DNA from: a virus
Lineage: Duplodnaviria; Caudoviricetes
IMG/VR virus record: IMGVR_UViG_3300032087_002465
Span: 1-26,154 of that record
Reading direction: 5' to 3' (one strand)
Length of the DNA: 26,154 nt
In this document: one piece after another, positions 23,063 to 26,154 of the stretch
How positions within the stretch are numbered: position 1 is the first letter of the stretch
Layout: each line of letters opens with the position of its first letter
Made by a program: the position numbers and the translations under genes
Notes under the pieces: generated by a model
What the model was told of the DNA's origin: nothing
Seen by the model: the letters and a program-made list of their open reading frames with translations, nothing else
Database searches by the model: none

Positions 23063-23445
23063 GATTTACCCTTCTGCTTGCGCCATCCCTTAAAAGTGAC
23101 ACTTTTGCCATATTGTTTGCCTAGATGGTCACGCCCTTCGCGCACCATCTCTCTAACGCCGCCAAACGGCCCTAAAAAGTCCACGACATAAGCGGTCTCG
23201 CCGCTATGCCAATCGTCAATCTGCAATTTGCGCTCACCTGTCAAATAGCCCTGCTCAACCTCATCATTGAAAAATCCCCAAGTCATAAAGCCAACGGGGT
23301 TATCGTCACTTTCCCAGATGCGATACTGGCCTAACGCGATTGCTGGCAAAAACAGCCGGTGAACGTCATCTATCGACCATTCACGGTGGATCGGGCTATG
23401 GCCAGCAAGCCAGATCATCTTTGCAATTGCTTCACCCGCCTTCAT
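23044..23445 (-). CDS. HlyC-family (RTX toxin-activating) lysine acyltransferase
   Basis: WLAGHSPIHREW...LPAIALGQY...PVGFMTWG...DDWHSGE...VDFLGPFGG aligns by eye with HlyC motifs (WLW..SPLHRNW, LPAI..NQY, PVAYCSWA, EDWTSGD, IDWIAPFG); catalytic Ser/His and Asp retained. Confidence 0.9.
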   Translation of the reverse strand: MKAGEAIAKMIWLAGHSPIHREWSIDDVHRLFLPAIALGQYRIWESDDNPVGFMTWGFFNDEVEQGYLTGERKLQIDDWHSGETAYVVDFLGPFGGVREMVREGRDHLGKQYGKSVTFKGWRKQKGKSWSAST

Positions 23446-25424
23446 CCGTTTGTCACCACCTTGGCTGCATCAATTTCCAGCTTTTGCTGCTTAAAGTCGG
23501 CATCCTGCGCGACTTTTTGCTGATCAAGCTGCAAGCGTGCAACTTTGACTTGTGCATCGGCTGCTGCCTGCTGTGTCTGCGCCTGCACCTTGGCGGCTTC
23601 CACCTCGATCAGTTTATCTTGAGGCGTTGGCCCTGATTCCTGCGGTGCCTCAATGCTTTCCAGACTTTCTTCCAAATCTCTTGCGCCGGGAAAGGCTCTG
23701 GCGGCAAATAACAGCATTTGTTTGGCCTGCTCAAAGCCTACAGCGCCAGATGCCACCAATGGGCCAATGGCCTGCAAAAACTGCACGGTGGCTGTCAAAA
23801 ACTCTGTGCGGCTCTTTTGTTCTGTTGCAGAATCCATTGCGCTGGATTCATCAGTATCCACCGACACGCGATATGAGCGCAGCCGGTCATCCCGCATCAC
23901 AGCGACAACCTCTGGTGAAATCTCAATGCCGGTAATGCGCGAGAGTAGTGACGGCTCAAGGTTTTCGACCAGCAACTCTGCTTTTAGTTCCATGATCTGG
24001 TCTAGGAACTGTTCTACGCGCCGTTGCCGGTTGACCAGACGCATGGCCCCGAACTGGCCCTTTATGCGCTGCGCCGTGGCTGTCTCACGGCTGGCCGACT
24101 GACCGCGCATGATATCTGAGATGCCGGTGATCTCATAGATTGTTTGCACCACGATCTGGCGCGATTGATATAGCTGGGCTAGCGCCTTGATCAGATTGTC
24201 CAGCGGTGCTTCCTGCATGACATTGGCAAGACCGCCGCCAGCCTGCAACATGGCCATGTTGTCCACCGGCACAAATTCATTGTCGCTGGCATTGGACAGG
24301 CGCTGCAACTCGCTAAAGCTGGCATCGTAGACGCCGCGCCGTTTTAGGGCTTCGGTCAGATTGGCAATGCGCTGTGTGATCAGATCAAGCTCGAATAGCT
24401 GATCTTCATAGGTCAGTATCTCTGGCACCGGCACCGTTGTGTCTGTCGTGCTGATGGCATAAAGCGGCTCTGGCATTGGCCAGAAGCCCTCAAGATTATA
24501 AGGATCATCAAATTCTTCCAGCAACTCATTGAAATCACTGGCAACAAATATCTGCTTTAGGCTGCGCTTGTCCCAGATTTCATAGACCTCTGCCATGTCT
24601 GGCTGCTGGTCATCATCATAGCCGCCAGCATCCTCACCGCGATAGGTCAGCGGTATTTGCTCACCCTTTGCGCCGTAATAATCAACCAGTTCTTGGCGGG
24701 TCATCAGGTGCCTGAAGGCAATCCAGTTAACATCTTCCCAGCTTCTTGCCGGGGCCATTGTGAAATCCTGCCAATGGACATATTCACAGCGTATTGACTG
24801 CTCACCAATATACTCAATCGGCGCACCCTCAATGTACGGCCCCTGCGGCCCGACCTTGACCATGTTCTGATCAATCTCGCTGCCATCAGCGCCAATGAAT
24901 GCTTGGCCGATAGGCACCTCGCCCATCTGACCGGGCGCAACCTCGCCCACGCCCATGATCCTGTTTACTTGCACAGGAATGCGCTCCGGCTCACCCTCAA
25001 CCAGCAATGGCTCATATGTCATACGCATCACGCCGCGTCCGACAATCAGCATATCCTCAATGACGCGCCTGACCGCACCGTCAAAATTGTAAACATCAAG
25101 CTGGTACTGCAAACCACGTTGCAGGACAGTCGAAATAATCCGGCCAATGGGGTCTTGGTCTTTAAAACGGCGTGTGACACGCGGCTTTGGCGTTTTGAAA
25201 TACAAGCTGGATTTCAGCGTATCGACATTGCTGTAAAAGATGTTCATGCGTGTTTCGCGTGTTACGCGATCCGGCGTGTCATCTCTGTAGCGGTCAATGA
25301 TGTTGTAACAGCGGTCATGCCAGTTTTCCTCGAACCGTCTGGCACGCCTGATTTGCTCATTCCAATACCGCGCACGTTCCCCCTTCTTGGTGGGTTCGCG
25401 GTCATAATCATAGGATTCAGCCAT
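23442..25424 (-). CDS. Portal protein (P22-like, with C-terminal barrel helix)
   Basis: 660 aa directly after the terminase; IYEITGISDIMRG...ETATAQRIK; Q/A-rich C-terminal coiled coil. Confidence 0.88.
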   Translation of the reverse strand: MAESYDYDREPTKKGERARYWNEQIRRARRFEENWHDRCYNIIDRYRDDTPDRVTRETRMNIFYSNVDTLKSSLYFKTPKPRVTRRFKDQDPIGRIISTVLQRGLQYQLDVYNFDGAVRRVIEDMLIVGRGVMRMTYEPLLVEGEPERIPVQVNRIMGVGEVAPGQMGEVPIGQAFIGADGSEIDQNMVKVGPQGPYIEGAPIEYIGEQSIRCEYVHWQDFTMAPARSWEDVNWIAFRHLMTRQELVDYYGAKGEQIPLTYRGEDAGGYDDDQQPDMAEVYEIWDKRSLKQIFVASDFNELLEEFDDPYNLEGFWPMPEPLYAISTTDTTVPVPEILTYEDQLFELDLITQRIANLTEALKRRGVYDASFSELQRLSNASDNEFVPVDNMAMLQAGGGLANVMQEAPLDNLIKALAQLYQSRQIVVQTIYEITGISDIMRGQSASRETATAQRIKGQFGAMRLVNRQRRVEQFLDQIMELKAELLVENLEPSLLSRITGIEISPEVVAVMRDDRLRSYRVSVDTDESSAMDSATEQKSRTEFLTATVQFLQAIGPLVASGAVGFEQAKQMLLFAARAFPGARDLEESLESIEAPQESGPTPQDKLIEVEAAKVQAQTQQAAADAQVKVARLQLDQQKVAQDADFKQQKLEIDAAKVVTNG

Positions 25425-26154
25425 TAAAGTCTCCAGCCCTGCGGCTTGCTTGCGTTATCCAGCCCAGCCATCATTTCGTCCACTGTCGGTGGACGCCACG
25501 GGTCATCTTCTATTTCCGGCGCTCTGCGCTGCCACGGTCTTGCCATGCAAGCGTATCTGATATCGTCAGCCGCATGATCTTCTTGGGTGGTGTCGATATC
25601 CTCGACCCGGTGCTTGTCGTGCGTAAGTACCGGCAGCGTTCTGATTGTGTCCGTACACTCGCTAAAAACATAAAGCATTGGGATACCATCATCACCTATC
25701 AGGCGCTGTCTGACCTGATCCCATCCACTAATACGACTGTTATCTGCACGGCGAAACTTTACACCCATCTTGGACAGGCGCTCACCAATCGATGGCCCAC
25801 CGTCAAATTTCCAGATGCTGGGATCGCCCACACTAAAATCCAGACGCTCATGGCGCTCACGGCTGCGAATACCAGCCCCAACCTCTTCTGCGGTCATCCG
25901 CAGGCCCACATTCGGCCTGCCTGATGAGCCGTACCATTCGCGGTAACGGATCAATGCACCATCTGGGTATTTATCGTGATCATCTGCCACAGCCCACCAG
26001 CCCACGGAAAATGGCGAGGCGCTGCCCCAGTCAAATGATCTGAATCTTGTCCAATGCTGCGGTATTTCAAACGGCCTGATAACGTGCAGATCACGTTTCC
26101 AGACATCGCCAAAGAATGAGCCAACGACCAAATCCCAATCGCCTTCACGCAAGG
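25424..26154 (-). CDS. terL: Terminase large subunit, C-terminal nuclease domain (5'-truncated by the window edge)
   Basis: RSFDWGSASPF...YREWY...VGDPSIW...EDHAADDIRYACM RNase H-like terminase motifs; TAATG-coupled to the portal. Confidence 0.92.
   Translation of the reverse strand, partial: LREGDWDLVVGSFFGDVWKRDLHVIRPFEIPQHWTRFRSFDWGSASPFSVGWWAVADDHDKYPDGALIRYREWYGSSGRPNVGLRMTAEEVGAGIRSRERHERLDFSVGDPSIWKFDGGPSIGERLSKMGVKFRRADNSRISGWDQVRQRLIGDDGIPMLYVFSECTDTIRTLPVLTHDKHRVEDIDTTQEDHAADDIRYACMARPWQRRAPEIEDDPWRPPTVDEMMAGLDNASKPQGWRL

Larger units (their letters stand above)
1..26154. mobile_element. Temperate podovirus-like bacteriophage genome segment (free/excised form)
   Basis: Dense, translationally coupled phage genes across the whole window (cro/cI, exonuclease, ERF, xis, int, attP, endolysin, tail, capsid, portal, terminase); no host housekeeping genes; phage DNA on both sides of the att core. 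Confidence 0.96.

Overview
The whole window is a 26 kb segment of a temperate, short-tailed (podovirus-type, P22-like gene order) dsDNA phage, probably of a marine alphaproteobacterium (inference). It appears to be in the free or excised form, because attP is intact. From left to right it contains a partial VRR-NUC nuclease, a divergent cro/cI switch, and a + strand early recombination operon (PD-(D/E)xK exonuclease, ERF annealase, SSB-like protein, excisionase). Next come a convergent tyrosine integrase and attP, which has a 45-bp tRNA-Asp 3' core flanked by 3+2 arm-type 11-bp repeats. The rest is one long - strand late operon: terminase large subunit (partial), portal, scaffold, major capsid, tail adaptor and nozzle, tail fibre, three ejection proteins, lysis genes and four very basic small proteins. 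The most striking observation is an RTX-toxin-activating (HlyC-family) acyltransferase translationally coupled to the portal gene, with no RTX toxin or T1SS in view. It is followed by a Gly-rich, lysine-depleted protein starting MVGK. A second pair mirrors this layout: a GNAT acyltransferase overlapping an ejection protein whose only lysine is in its N-terminal MGK. This suggests a phage system for site-specific acylation of virion proteins (hypothesis).
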